Below are positions 26,440 through 41,391 of a stretch of 64,000 nucleotides of DNA, piece by piece. A program made the position numbers and the translations under genes. The DNA is taken from assembly GCF_000150275.1 (NCBI RefSeq), contig NW_002060950.1:6679-70678 (forward strand), written 5' to 3'. The notes below the pieces were generated by a model. It had not been told where the DNA came from. It saw only the letters and a list, made by a program, of their open reading frames with translations, and did not search any database. The stretch is from Trichoplax adhaerens (taxonomy: Eukaryota > Animalia > Placozoa). Numbering within the stretch: position 1 is the stretch's first letter; each line of letters opens with the position of its first letter.

Positions 26440-27999
26440 ACTGTACAGTACTACAGTATAGACGTACCGCATACTGTGACGGTCTGCATTCTGAGATACA
26501 GTACTCTAAGTCGCGAATAACGATTAAAGTACAGTACTGTACAGTATGTGTACAGTATAGTTATAATAATACTAAGTCCGAACCGTAGCGTAATGTCATG
26601 TCTGATAATTATAATATAATTAATTATAATTAATTATATATAATAGATAAGTAATACTTCATCGGCATTGCTTTACACGGCCTTTTGATTATTCTGCTAA
26701 CGTACAGTACGTACAGTTCAAGCCTCAATAAATAAAGTTAATTAACTACTGTAGTAGAAAAGCACTAGCTATATTATATGAAAAGTATCACGGGTCAACC
26801 TCAAGATCTATTACAGTCATTATCACATCTGATTACATTGCACTGTGCGGTAGTCCCCCACCACCTTACATAAAGTTCTTAGGACGGTTTCAGCTAAATA
26901 TTCTGATTGTCATTCGACTCCGATCGAATAATACGATAGAAAAGAAAGACGAATCATTTCATCACCTTAATGTTAATTAGTGGGTAATACCAGCAAGTTA
27001 TAGGCATTCCAAAGCATGCGAGTTAAGATGTGCGCGAGAGAACTAGTATTTTAACGGATATGAAAACTAGGCTCTACCAGATTATGCGGCCATTTCGAAC
27101 GCTTGGTTCAGGAATAAAAGTGAAAGGAAGCTGACGTTTAATTAATTCAATCTAATATTTATAAACTAAGTGTTCAAACGGTTCTCACACTTTGCACTCT
27201 TGTAACTTAATTTTATTTCGGGTAGAGATGAGAATAAAATAATTATTAAATAGTTGTCGATATAGCTTTTTATATTACTAATTATTAACTCGAGGAATTA
27301 AATAACTTAGCTATAGAACAATAAGTACCTATAGCAAAATCTCGTACGTATACTCACATTGTAGGCAATCATTTTAATATATAAATAATTATATAAAGAA
27401 TAATAATCAATTAATTATGTATTAATCATAGTAATTTAGAACTATATAAAATTAGTCAGATTCTTTCAATATAATGTCATAAATATAAACATTGCATAAG
27501 AATGTAAGTGATTTTGTTGTCAATTACAGTAGTCCAATATCGTTTACGTTATAGAAGAAATTGATTAATAAATACTGTAATTAATATACAGTATTCCGAT
27601 ATTATCTGTTAAGACATTACTAGATCATTGCACGTAGATATTTGAACTATCAAAATTAGCATTCCTTATCTAAATGCAGTATTATTAATTTATTTCGAGT
27701 CTTACGTTAAGTATACAAGTGGATCGGTGGCTGATGGTCTTCATACTGTAGGAAATACGTACACTGTGTACGATACATATCATGGATACAAATAAACGGC
27801 TTACGAAGCAAATTATGCCGAGTATTTTATGTACAGTAAGACTTAGCGATATGATGCCATCTGTTACGTTGAACCGAGTGTAGGTATCGTAGCGTAAACA
27901 TACATTAGTCAATCGTGAATTCTGCATAGTATTTGATAGAAATGTGTACAGTTTTGCAATCACTATTTTATACAGATATTGCAACAATGCATAATATTA

Positions 28000-30900
28000 T
28001 TACAATACAGAGCACATTTTGGATTGCTGTAAATGAGAATTGGGCTTTCTAACAAAGTTGCTAAATGATTGTGTTGGAGCTAGTGCATACATATAGCCGC
28101 GTGTATCGGTTGTAAAAAATTGTAAGAAATCCGATGAAAACTTAATATCATAAGATTTTCCATAAAGAGGAAAATTCTGTATTATGATACCGTCAATTGC
28201 GTTCCACCAAATAACTGAATCGCCAGTGCTTACAATTATGAGATCATCAGGCGAAAAATGACAGCTAAGAATAGCAGTATATTGAGAATTAAATTTAAGT
28301 ATCTGGCAACCATCAAGTATGTTCCATATCTAAAACATTTTAAATAAATCTAACGTTAGCCTAAATTGTAATAAATCAGTAATGATTGATTAATTGTGCT
28401 GTATATTAGAAGATGCATAAAAGTAATATTTATGTTACAAGGAAAGATTTTTACATTTATAGTTCCATCTTCACATCCTATTGCCACTTGGTCAGCGAAA
28501 TTAGCGAAGGAACAACAAGTAATTTTACAATTATGACGTAGATTATGAATGTTAGTTAAGGAAATAGACTTCCAAAGCTAGATCAAGAATGTAAGATTAT
28601 AAAAATTAGTATCAAAGATACGATAATTCTGAGATGAAGCAAGTCCCTATATAAACGAACGTATAATATATTAACATATTTACGCTGACGCTATCAAGCA
28701 GAAATGACGTTGTAGTGACAAAAGCATTATAGACAGCAAATTTTCAATTTATTCGTTACTTTATGAATAGATAGCTAATCCCATTGCCGAGATATATATT
28801 ATGCCATGGTGTAAGCATTTAAATTTTCTAATAGAGAAACTAAATTCACTAATGTACGTAATAATCCATTTAATGATTATCATTTGCAGGATAGTTAGAA
28901 GCACTCAACTATGGTTCAAAGTGCTTAATTTGAGTTAAATTCTAGCTTCTCTGCTGAACCATGTAAGCAGGCAGAGTAACTCATAAGCCTCTTCGTGGCG
29001 CTATAAATCATTTGTATTCAATAGAAATAGGAAGTAGAGTGAATAGCATTATTAAAATCTACACTTGCGTAATTATTGTGTAATTGTGTATAGTCATGGT
29101 ATAACTAATTTAGCATTATGCAGATCAATATACATTTAAAGATAGCGTAAGCATATATAAGATGAGTATTCTTTAAGCAGCGATGAGTTGCATAGCACTT
29201 TGACGTTTTACTAGCACAATAAAGTTGTGGTCATACAAAACAGGAACTACACCATATAGTTGTTAACTTTAAATTCTTAAAGTACAGCACTCTTATCATA
29301 TGTATTATTTGTAAAAATTTGTCGTCAATAATAATTTATAATCTATTATACATATTGAACTTTCCAGCAGTCACACTTACTTTCGCTACTCCGTTTGCGG
29401 CTGAAGTAATAATGAATGATCTTATTGGTGATATTTCACAAATTTCTATGCCGTTCTTATGTGCTTTCTTTTCCAAAAGCACTTGATTATTAGTAAACTG
29501 GATCATCTACATTAAACATCCATATAAACACAAAAAAAATAAATTATTTGCTAATGATTACCAACATATAAACACTATATTAATTCTTTTCATGGCTTTT
29601 ATTCGGTGACATGTTGCGCCGTACTGTATATGCATATAAAGATTATAAATAATCTCTTTGTATACAAACTCTTTACACGATAATTGCAAATTCAGTACTT
29701 TAATATAGTTAATTTCCTAGAAACTACTTCTAAGTAAAAATATAATAAATACGGTTAGCTGAGATTGCAAGACAAGGAGATATTTCCTACGGAACACAAG
29801 TATTTCAATAGTGAAATCCAGAGGGTTACAAAAGATTATATACAGCCTGGTAGAGTGACACTACAGTAAAACAGTATTTAGAATTTATTACAGTATAACG
29901 TCTATTTAAATCGGTTGATATAATTTGCGAATCTTAAACTTTTGTACTTAATCTTGTAAGTACAGTGGTTATGCAATTGCCTGTTTTACATTTTAATTCG
30001 ATATAAGCTGGTTTACCTGTAATTTTCCATTCTTAAATGCCAAAATAACTTTATGCAGCTTATCATTTACTGGCAGACAGCGTTTTATTACAGAGCATAA
30101 CTTGGAAATTTTACCTAATAGGTATCCGTTTCTTCTGCTTAAAATCTAAAGGATAGTCATCATGTCAATGAAAATTAACAGAAAAATTATAAAACGATGA
30201 TAAATAGATAAATGTACAGTCTGGTCAATGGTCATTTTCTAAATGCACGTTTAGTCAAATACTCCCATGATACAGTGATCATATATAAGAACGGAAATAA
30301 GTGAGGAACAGTGTTTAGACTGTATATGAAAGATTGTTACGTTATACTGCATAGAGTTTAATTTTTTATCGTATTGGTCAGTGTACCAGCCGATTACTGA
30401 CGGATTACAAATAATTTCCTTCTCAAATGAACTATGAGAATCTAGGTTCGACTGTATAGCTGATAAATAATGAAGAACTACCGTAATGTAACAAAGACTA
30501 ATGATGCTAACTTGATGGCATTCTACTTCATAAGGCCATTTGTTGGTGTAATAGAAGCTCATAGAGATATTTGATTCTATACTGGTATTTGACAAAATCA
30601 CGCGCCAGAGATCTTGATAAGGTGTAGTAAAATGTTTTAAGATAAGGTTAACTGTAAGGTTGAATGTTAGCAGCGGGTAATTGCTAGTTAATACTTTATT
30701 AGTTAAGTTTATTCACATTTCACTCATATTTAACCGACATACGTATATTTCTGTCTCGTATACCACCAGTAATTTGTTCCCTCTGTCAGTAAATAAAAAC
30801 GAAACCACCGATTCATTGCTTGGTTTCTCTGACCAAATGACTTGCTGATTGCTTGCAGATAGTAACTATAAATAGTAAATTATAAAAACAAATAAATATT

Positions 30901-33900
30901 TAACATTAGTCTACACGCTTACTATTTCTTACGATATTCCATCTATATGCGCTCGTAGGTTTCTCGTGATTATATATATGATTTATATTAATAAATGAAA
31001 ATCTGCAAAAAGTAGTAAATATGTATTACTTTAATTTCTCCATTATACAATCCAACGGCTATATTATATCCATCTTGAGATAAGCAACATTTCCATATTA
31101 ATTCAGAGAATTTCTCACACTTTGAAGCTAATTTAGAATCAGATCCAATAAAATGCTGCAAGAGAAGGTATTAGAAGACTATGTCAGCTTCTTGCTCAAT
31201 GCAAGTTGTACCACGATCAGCTAATGCTATATGTCGGTGAAATATATGTATGCTACTATTGATGTTTTTTTAAGTTAAAGTCTTTAATTCTAGATTTACT
31301 AAGCAGACGAATATAACGTTTTTTTGTGTAGAAATACCAGGAGCAAGTGATCACTAGTCTGTAAAAAAGCCTAAAATTTTAGGAGAGCCATTCTAGTGGC
31401 TCTTGTGACTCTGTCATAAATGCAGTGGTTTAAAGTATTTTTAGGAGTCAATAGTACAGTATAGTATTGCAATATCTGAAACTGAGTTATAAATAGACGT
31501 AAGGTTTAAGAAAGAGCATCACTTGAATCTACAGTTATAATGCAATTAGAGTCTAATCCTTCAAGTTTTGCAACATTAAATCTAATTTCTTCTGTAGAAT
31601 ATGGCAAAGATTTTATCCGGTGGATTATATAGTGCAAGTCTTTATTTCCATCTTGCGACATGATTTCAGGTACTGATGCATATACATACTACTATATAGT
31701 GTAAGTGCACATGAAAGGCCACCTTAATTTACATCTATTAGCAATATAAACTGAAGTTTTGGCGTAAAATTTTGACAACGGATTGAAGAGAATATACATT
31801 ATTATCAAGTATTAGTATCAATTTATGGGTGCTTTTATCATTTTGTATCAGACTCAGTGTAATATTGATAAATTTACCTTTAATTGGTAGCCATTGCTTT
31901 CTGTAATGCAATAAGCGTGCATGATATTATCAACAAATCTACATTCAAATGGTGTTGGCTTAAATTGCATCCTTTTAGATCGAACATGGACCGTATTCTT
32001 TAAGTCAATTTGGCAACTCCAAAACTTGACGGTCTTATCGTCCGATGCTGATATAATTGTCTTGCCATTAGGGGCAAAGTGGACGGCTTGCGTATAGTCA
32101 GTATGCCCACGATAGAAAGCAACTTGTTTCTGATTGCTTAGATTCCAAACCTACACAAAGAAAGAATAGATTCATTGATTGTAGTACAATCTGAGACTAT
32201 AAGTTATATCATAATCAATTGTGATAAAATCCAATCACGAAAATTCCAAAGTTGTAGAAAATTAGAACTTTATTAGATCTAATACAAAGACTAGCTACAC
32301 ACAGCTCTACTCTAGCCGAATACAACTATTGACTAAGGACATTGTACCGCACTGTAGATATCTTACAGTACCTGCTAATCTTAACTTGGAATGTCCATCG
32401 CCGTACATTAGTTATAATTATGTGCTTTGGACCATTAACTAATCTTAATATAGCATTTCATAGCATTTCATCCGTGAATGCATTATTGAAAAGTAGTATT
32501 CTACAAGCATAGCTGTGAATGTAGTAGTGCCTGGCTATTACCGGGATATATATAATGTCAAATGGTAATACTATCTGTTAATTATTAACAAATGGGTACA
32601 TTATCGTAAACCGTCAGCAAAGCGACGTGAGTTTGTACTAGTCTCACTAACACAGCTAAAAGTCTACAATCACAATAGTAAGCTTCGTTACAACAATATA
32701 ACGTACTATTACAAAGAACACATTCATAAGTTACAATTAATTTAAGTGGTGGTTTGTGGTACGTAAGAAGATATAATTATAATATTAAATACGAGAATTA
32801 ACCCCAAAATATCAGTATTAACAAGTACCTGTACAGCATTGCTGCCCCTAACGCTGACAGCTAAGTATTTACTATTACAAGAGAGAGCTGATGCAGTTAT
32901 CGGACCAAAACATTTCAACTGAAATAATGGTTCACCAGTTGCGCAACTCCAAGTGTGGACAAATTGGCGATAAGTGCATAAGATCGCCTGGTCATCATTA
33001 AAAAATGCGCATGATGTTATCCTATAGTTTGAATCCTGACGATGACATACACAATCAAGGATTACTTTAGCCACCGGAATTTTCCAAATCTGTAGTGGTC
33101 ATTCAATAAGGTGTGTGATTAAGATAGACTGAACGATATCAGGCTATAAATCAAATCATGACATTACATTACAGGATCAAATCTCAAATTACTTGATAGA
33201 CAATGTTTATACAGTAAATTTATCGAGACCTTAATGGTGGAATCAGAGGAACATGATACTAATTTATCGCCACTGTAATTAAAACGGCATTGAAGAACAC
33301 CGTCTTTGTGTCCTCGGCAGGTGATAATATCTATTCCATTCATACAATCCCAAATCTTTTGAACAAATATTGAGTTATCAATAGCGGATAAAATCACATA
33401 TCTTTTTTGAATAATAGTTTTAGGTCAATTACTATTATTAAATATTAGCTTATAAATTAAAATAAAAATACGGATACAGTTACTAGTTACCTAATCTTAA
33501 CGCCTCTATTTTTACATCTAAAAGATTTTTGGACACTCATGGTATACCTATGTTATACGGTTAAAAATTCCTACCCTAATCGTTTTATCTTTGGAACAAG
33601 ACGCAATGTATTGACCATCTGGTGAAAAATCACACCAATATATTCTATCGGAGTGGTTAGAATACTCGAGGTGTAATCTCTCCATCTCAATATCCCAGAC
33701 CTATACGTAAACATCATATTTTATAAATTACTAAGTCTAGATACTTAAGTAAAAAATTGTTAGCGGATGCAGTTTTAACATTTTCGTTTGTATCTCAAGC
33801 AAGTTCTGAAATAAGTAATTAGAATGGAACAGGATAAGCCGTAAAATCAGATGTATTAGTCTAGAAATATATGGATAAACGCACAACAACAGTTATTAAA

Positions 33901-36900
33901 CAGTGCCATAGTGCACGTATTAGTAATATGAGTATTATCTTGAACTAGACAGTGCGAATAATGCGAAACTTCAGCTGTCTTGGGGAATTTTACAGCATAC
34001 TCAACAGTTAATTAATTAACTAAAGTGAACAGCTTAGCACGATCTAATGAGCCCTAAAAATTTGTTAATAGTTATGACTATAACACCAATAAGAATGTAG
34101 CGTCTCATCCACTTCCATTATTCACAGTTATCAGTAGAATATGTTTACCTGTGCAGTTCCTGTCCACGAGGCAGTTACAACATATCTTCGATTAGGTGAG
34201 AAACAACAGCAAGATATTTTATGTACACCATGAAATTGTACAAACACAGCCGTAGAGATTGGATCCCAAACCTTGTTATTAATATTTAAGTAAAGTATCA
34301 TAATAGCGTAAATCAATATGTTACGTGCGCTTTATACATTACGGCGTACTATTGAAGTGTGATACTTTTTCTCATACAATGCAAATCATGTATTAATTTA
34401 ATTGTTAACTACATACTTTAATAATACCATCCCATGAAGATGTAACAATCCTTCTACCATCACAGGAATAGCGACAGTCGCTTACTGCACCTTCATGTAG
34501 ATAAGCAGTAGTGATTGAATCATCACTATTAGTTATTGCCTCTTTATTCCTGTAATATATTCAGCGATGATACGATTTACGCATTACTATATTTTCAATA
34601 TACAAACTAGAATAATTAGCTAAAAAATTAAATACTTGACTAGGATCATAGATGGGTATTAATCATACTTACATCCATTCAACATAGATTGTCGATGTAT
34701 CATTTTTGTTTATTAAATCTCTAGCCTTTTTAGAAAATACTTGCCACTCTGTTTTACTCAGGGATAACTGAGCCAAAGTTGGCCGGTCTGTACGAAGTAA
34801 TATGTTCATATTGGCAGATAAAAATCGATAAAAATGACTCACTTCTTGCCATTCCTAAATCAAATCAAAATGTGCAGTAATACTAAATGTGAATACGAGT
34901 TAATAAAAGCTATTATATATAATATTGAAGGTATAGTTAGCAGACGGTAAGTACAATTATAACCACTATTATCAGAATATAATATAACATACCTGATCAT
35001 TCAGTATTTGGCGACATTTGATGTAGTCATTTAGGACATGCGTAATGGAGGTCATATTTAGTTTAGATTGCAACCATTTTGGATCAGTTAATAACATTTT
35101 AATAGTTTTAACTTCGCGAGCAGCGAGTAAGTGAACAATAATATGATTATATATGTAACCATCATCTGCCAATTGATATAAAGCATCGCGACAATTTTCT
35201 TTGTAATGAGATATTAATTTACGATGAAATCCAACTGCGTGGGGGTACTTTTCCAATAAATAATGACAGAATACAGAATGAAGTCGATAATATCTATTGC
35301 CACTAAAAATAAGGATGTTGTTGTAATCAAGAATAATATATCTTAGAATTAGTGAAACTGATAGCAGTCAAGATTGATGACATTTTATCGGCCAATGCTT
35401 CAGGGTGAGAAGAAATGTTTGCTCATTAGCATGATCCCGCGATTTTCCTAGTTATCTTTTGTTTGAGTGGAGATTGAGTCAATAAGCAAACTTTCTTCTT
35501 GCCCTGAAACATTGGCCTATTTTGCTAAGTATCTAAGAATTAATGATAGTAGATTGACTAGATTCAGCGTAACCGCATACATAAAAAATTGTTATTCTCC
35601 TGTGTAATGAAGTTATTCTAATTGTTCTGTTGTAAAATTCAATTTATACTGCAATACTAACTATGTCAGATAGTTTAGTTCATAACACTAACTCGCTATA
35701 CCTTACCTTATTGTATCGATTATCTTAATCATTAAACCACCATGGACTAAATTTTCGAACATTTTCTTTATGACTTTAATATCTAAAGACCACAATAATG
35801 ACACTGCTGTAATCGGAACTTTGTCGCTATTTGCAAATACAACTAACAATTGATAATGGGATCTTTTGGTTTCGTCTAACGATCGAATAATAAAATCTAA
35901 AGTTGTTTGAAGAGTTTTGTTATGACCCATTGCGCGATCTATTTTCGATCCTAACGCAAGCAGATGACGATTAACCTCTTGAGAATTGGTTAGGTTTAAA
36001 ATACGGAGAGAATTTAAACAGATTGGTAGATTATGATAATATTCCAATATACGAGCCATTTTAGTTGTGATGCAGTTTTCTTTTTCCGAGACAGATTCCA
36101 AATCGTAAAGAATGATTTCCTTTAGTTCATTTAACTGGAAAGGCTATAATAGTAAGATACAGGATTATGTAATGGTCTGACAGATACTTAAGTTTTGGAA
36201 CTTCTGGTATTACTATCATGTGACAGATGATTGTTAGTCCGTATGTGAAAGTATTTCGCGGTTATGAGATGTGATTACTGAAGCAGAAATGTTAAAACTT
36301 CGGTTTGCAATTAGAGTATTTACAGCATGCAATTTTCGATTCGTTACATTACACCTTAATCGTATCACGACGCAAAAGGTTATTAAGCTGGTACTTACGT
36401 ACCAATGGGTTTCATTTACCGAGTTACAGAGCTAATAGATGTTTGTTACTAAGTAAATAAGGATTCTAGTTTTCTCGATCTAATTAATTTATCCTATAAG
36501 ATCTGTTAGTAGCGAAAAACTATGAAATAATACAGTATAACAATAAATATTTATAAATTATTGCTTCTCAGCTACGACAATTCGTTTAGTTACTGTGCTG
36601 GTATATGGGTGGCATAAAGTTAGGCTACATGTTTACGTAATATAATTAAGTACTTAGATACTTAATATTTTTAAACTGTTTTTAGGAGTACACTAATTGT
36701 ATTAAAATCAAATCAATTATCGTGAAATCAATGAGACTGACAAACTATCATACCAATATGATTGTAGACTCTTATCTACGCAAATAAATATAAAAATGTT
36801 CTCAGCTAGCCTGTTCAGAACTCCTAATTCGATAAATACAACTACTGTAGATGAGCGACGTGCAATGTTATGTGTAGGAAGACAGTAAGGATAGTGTTAA

Positions 36901-39900
36901 AGATAAGATATTATTTGGAGAAATTATAACGCACATGAAGCAGTATACGATGTGAGCGATAGCAAAGTAACTGTAACTTGTATGCCAATTACATAACAAT
37001 AGTGAGATATCGGATACAGTATGTAAGAAGCTAGCACTGAATAAAGTAGAGATTTCTGTTGGCCTAATTTTATATTTTTAGAAACTGTCCTCAGCTGGAT
37101 ACATAACATGCAACAAGACGTACACTATGTGATACCGTAAGCACATCATTAATCTGTAACTTAGGAAAGAAGTTTACTGGTTTGATGACCGATCCATCAG
37201 CTAATATAAGTTTATATTGTAATACCTCAACTTCGAACAAATTAGGTGATTCGTAAGTATTATCAGCAATATCAGGCTGACGTGAAGTAACCAGCGTTGC
37301 GCAATGGAAGTCGAAGCATTTAATGAAATTTTTGTCTAGTACGTCATCTAAAACCAAGAGGATGCCATTGTATCGCTCAGCTGCTTATTCGTTCAAGAGG
37401 AAAGTCATAGACGGTAAATAACAATTTTTTAAAATTATTCATTTCAAAGAAGTAATAAAACTGTTGTATTAAATTATTATGCATCATCAAGATAAATTAA
37501 AGTCGTAATAAAATATCGACCGTACTAGTAAAATTTTACCGATGATGCAAGATATTTGATTTTTACATTCCTCTATAGTTGACGGAAGACGAGATTCATC
37601 ATTTGAAATCGAGGTGAGTAGGTGTTGCATTTGAAGCAAGATTTCTGCAGAATTTGAATTACCTACAATGAATGGAGACAATTAAAACATTATAATCTTT
37701 CATAAATAGCAGGTACAAGTTAAGATTAAGCAATAATCATTCTCACAGTGAGCTGGATTTTATATTATTTCGAAAAACAGGTATTGGTCGTACGAATTTT
37801 AAAAGGCGTTTAGAATGCGTAATACCAAGCTACAAAACCTTATACTTATAAAAATAATGTCGATTTTCGGACTGTAATGATGTACTATACTTTCATTTAA
37901 TTTTGATCCTTTCTGACTAGAAAAAGCAATCTACTAGGTATTATTTGAGTGAATTTAGCCCTTAATGTGAAAACCAATTATATTAGTGATTTTCTTGTTA
38001 CAATTATTGAATTTTATAGGCAAATTTACGTTATTTAAGTTAATTAATTTAGCCTAGCTATCGATATGAAGTGGTAGTAGCAATGAAAAAGTCCTGATAT
38101 TTACTAATAATAATTGATCTAGAATTAAGATAATAGTATTTGCCCATAAAAAATCATTCTAGATGGGGTATATTGGACAAACTTAGGAAGCTATGATTTT
38201 TAAACTCGTGAATACTTAAAGTTGTTAAACGAACCGTGTTTTTACTAATAGCAAACCCTGCATTGCGTAATAATCTCAGTTTTAGGGGTCTTCATTTCTC
38301 TAAAGTTTTCTATTACATTTCATAAGCATCTTACAGTTGTAATTTAAATAAGTGGCTTCTATCTCACAAAGTTATTCTGTTAGATTTCACAATATATAGT
38401 AGAAACATGATCTTAGCTAGTAGATTAACAAATCATTATCTCCTTGTCTATTATGCAGTTATATACTAATATACTTCTGTCTAGAGCTTCAACTTAGCGA
38501 AGGGGCTACAATTGCATCAAATCACCTAGTAAGTAGTGACGTAATTATCTCAGCTATTATACTGTCGTAATGTTTACCAGCTTACCAATAGTTTATTACT
38601 TACTTAGCTTTATCCAGATGACACCTCCTTTATGCAATTTGTTAGCCAAACTGAGATCGTTTACAAATAGAGTCAAATAAGCTGCAGTAGTCTTTCCACA
38701 ACCAGCTTCACCATGGACAACAACGCACTTTCTATTTTTAAGAGCTATTTGAAGTAAACCGCTTAATTTTTTGCTTATTTTTTCTCGAGCTACTATATTA
38801 TCAGGTAGCACTGGTACTTGTCCAATCACAGGTATCTTATGTGATTCTGGAATAAAATTAAAAAGTCCACAATTGAAGGCTGATATATGTACAGTATTGT
38901 AAAGAATAAGTAATTACAATTATAAAGTAAGTTAGATGAGTATGTAAGATTTAATATTAATCGTCTGTAACTCTTAATATGGTTGCGTAAGATTTAACTA
39001 ATGTGAGAGAGCATAGCCCACATCATAGCCCTAAATTTAGCTAGTAAAGTTCGCGTATCATGATAGAATATTGTGCCATTAGTGGAAGTATATAAGCACA
39101 GCTTAATGAATAAAATGATCGATTTTTACTAGCTACTCTCGGAGTAATTATCCTAAGATGATAACATAGATACATAACAAAAGCATACATATTTTTACGC
39201 ATAAATCCTGTAATAAATGAGCATTATCATAATTATCTAAATAATCTTAAAACTATAGCAATAATAACATATTAGTATAGCGATTGCAATTTATTAAGTA
39301 ATTTTTAATCGAAGAATCCACGTACTGACTCATTTCTAACATTAATCTGCAAAGGACATATACCATTATCCTTAGTATAGGGTTTGCCTTTAGTTGTTTG
39401 TTTCTATTCAACAGGTGGTCAATGTTGTAAGCTGCATATTGTAAGATCTCATGTAATTAAAAGAAGTAACTTACAAAACCTTTGATTTTATAACGATACT
39501 ACAAGTATGCTTTCCAAGGTACCAAATAGAATAGATTAATCATTTTCAGTATTTACTTGAAATAAATATTTTTTAAATGCTATAGAAATTGATTATGAAT
39601 TTCTTATTTGTTGGTATTCATTTTATACTGAAGTAGGCGGAGGTGCGTTCATGATAGTGATTGAGTGAAAGTGACTTAATAGTAGTTGATAAGAGTAGGA
39701 GAATAAAAACTGCTGTAATGCAGTCCTAACTAAAATTTAGCAAAAGAAGTTTGTTGTTGGGATTAAACAGTTTTTAGTGACAATTAACTGCAAAGTAGTA
39801 CTCCAGTATACAGTATACATTAATTTACAGTTACGTATCGATTCTTTTTATAAATTATTAGCGCGCAAAGCATATGGAGTTGTATAGATACATCCCTGCT

Positions 39901-40779
39901 GCGAATGGAGTGTAATTAGCGGTAAGTAATGCTTATTCTACCATACTTTAAATAAAAATAAAAATGAGGAATGTTATATATAATTTACGAGCTAAGGAAA
40001 AATAAAAAAAGTTAAATGAGTATTAAATATACTTGGCTTGGGTACATTTTCGCCGACGAACTTCACTCGTTCAATGTAGTTATTATAATATGGTTATTCT
40101 AATGATCTATCCGTTAGTATAGTAAAATGTCGTAGACTAAAAATATGAAGAAAGTAATATTTTATTTCTCTTGTTAATTCCGGACAATGCAGAGAAGATG
40201 AGAAATCGAATTTAATTATGCTATGGTTAAATGGTTTGTATACTGTAGTTCATATTCATCTTAAACTTTGAATAACAAAATCTGATTTTTTATGTTGTAT
40301 CAATATAATTTTGATTCTACATAGTATCTAACAGGGATACTACTGGTATATATACGGTAGTGGTTGCACGAGAAGGATAACTAGGATTTCCTATCAAGAG
40401 CTCTCACTGTACCTTCACCTAAAAAGCCAAACGCTGAAAATTTCTTTTTTTGTTGTATGCCTGCGTCTTCCAGTTTACCAGTTCGTAAAGACTGACAGTG
40501 TTCTTCTAATTCATTTGCTAATTTTTGAATATTCAGTTGATTTATTTCTCTTAAAATGGCTACAACGCGTTTAAAGGTATTTTTATCTTGTGCCTGAAGA
40601 ATTTCATTTAATTTTGTTTCATTTTTATCAGTGCTAATTGCGGTGTTGTTTAGAGCGTACAGATCGTGATTATCACTAATATTCATGCCACTTAGCGCGT
40701 TCTGGATGAATTCAATCGGAACTGATTGGCATATTCGTTCCTTGTAGTCTTCTATTGCTTGTTTCTCGAAATTATCCAT
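28000..40779 (-). CDS. APAF1: APAF1-like protein: N-terminal death-fold (CARD-like) domain, NB-ARC, helical domain and WD40 repeats; multi-exon
   Basis: Exon 1 is a ~100-aa helical death-fold-like segment. It is followed by GQVPVLPDNIVAR, Walker A HGEAGCGKTT, GGVIWI, Walker B ILLVLDDV, sensor LVTSR and DPKWLQSKL..ITHVLNDY. Many WD40 repeats follow (GHKDGVLQCRFNYSGDKLVSCSSDSTIK). The last exon IWNILDG..FSPDD..VIWWNAIDG..FSSDFLQFFTTDTRGYMYAL matches the APAF1 C-terminus. TAA at 28000-28002. Strict orthology versus paralogy is not established. Confidence 0.88.
32332..32642 (+). mobile_element. Non-autonomous Helitron-like copy inside an intron of the APAF1-like gene
   Basis: Shares two blocks with 2308-3030. 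Ends in the CCGTCAGCAAAGCGACG hairpin plus CTAG|T at 32638-32642. Confidence 0.7.
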
Positions 40780-40994
40780 GTTTCAGTTTACGATCACGTA
40801 TGAATAAGTTAATCTTTTAATGATTATGTACAGTAATTGAGCATATTAAGATAAATTTTCTAGCATATTAGCGCAATGTTTTCATATTTTGTTACGGTAT
40901 TCTATAACTGTAATTAATACTGAGATTAGGGTTTATACATAGAAGAGATGGATAACATTGAGGACTGTATCCTTGGTGACACGGTGTTCTTGAC

Positions 40995-41290
40995 GTACTG
41001 TACAGTACGCTACAGTACTGTACACACAGTACAAAGTAAAATTTGCTAGCGTACTGTACAGTACTGTACTGTATACGAATGTACTGTAAAGTACAGTATC
41101 ATGGACACTAGAAAAAGTCCAGGCTTTTTCTAGTTGCTCATAAAGCATACAGTATACTGTACACTACATTATAATATCAGAGTCTGGCATCACTGTCATC
41201 AGCACTAATTAATTATAGGTTTAATCAACACAGTAGTTATAATTAATTAATCAACTGTACTGTACAGTGTACACTGTGTACAGACAGTAT
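40995..41290. promoter_or_regulatory. TACTGTAC/GTACAGTA cluster in the putative bidirectional APAF1-like/SLCO promoter
   Basis: Pentamer mosaic between divergent ATGs at 40779 and 41392. Function inferred from position. Confidence 0.55.
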
Positions 41291-41391
41291 AATTCCATTT
41301 TAGCATAATCTACTTTTTACATTGAAAGGGTGCTTGGAGATTTACAGTTAATTAATTAATTTATTATTTTATAAAGAAGTAAAATAAAAGA

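Noticed and set aside
27685-27987. 100-aa minus-strand ORF as a continuation of the APAF1-like gene
   Set aside because: It lies after the double TAA stop, has no WD40 features and is probably 3' UTR.
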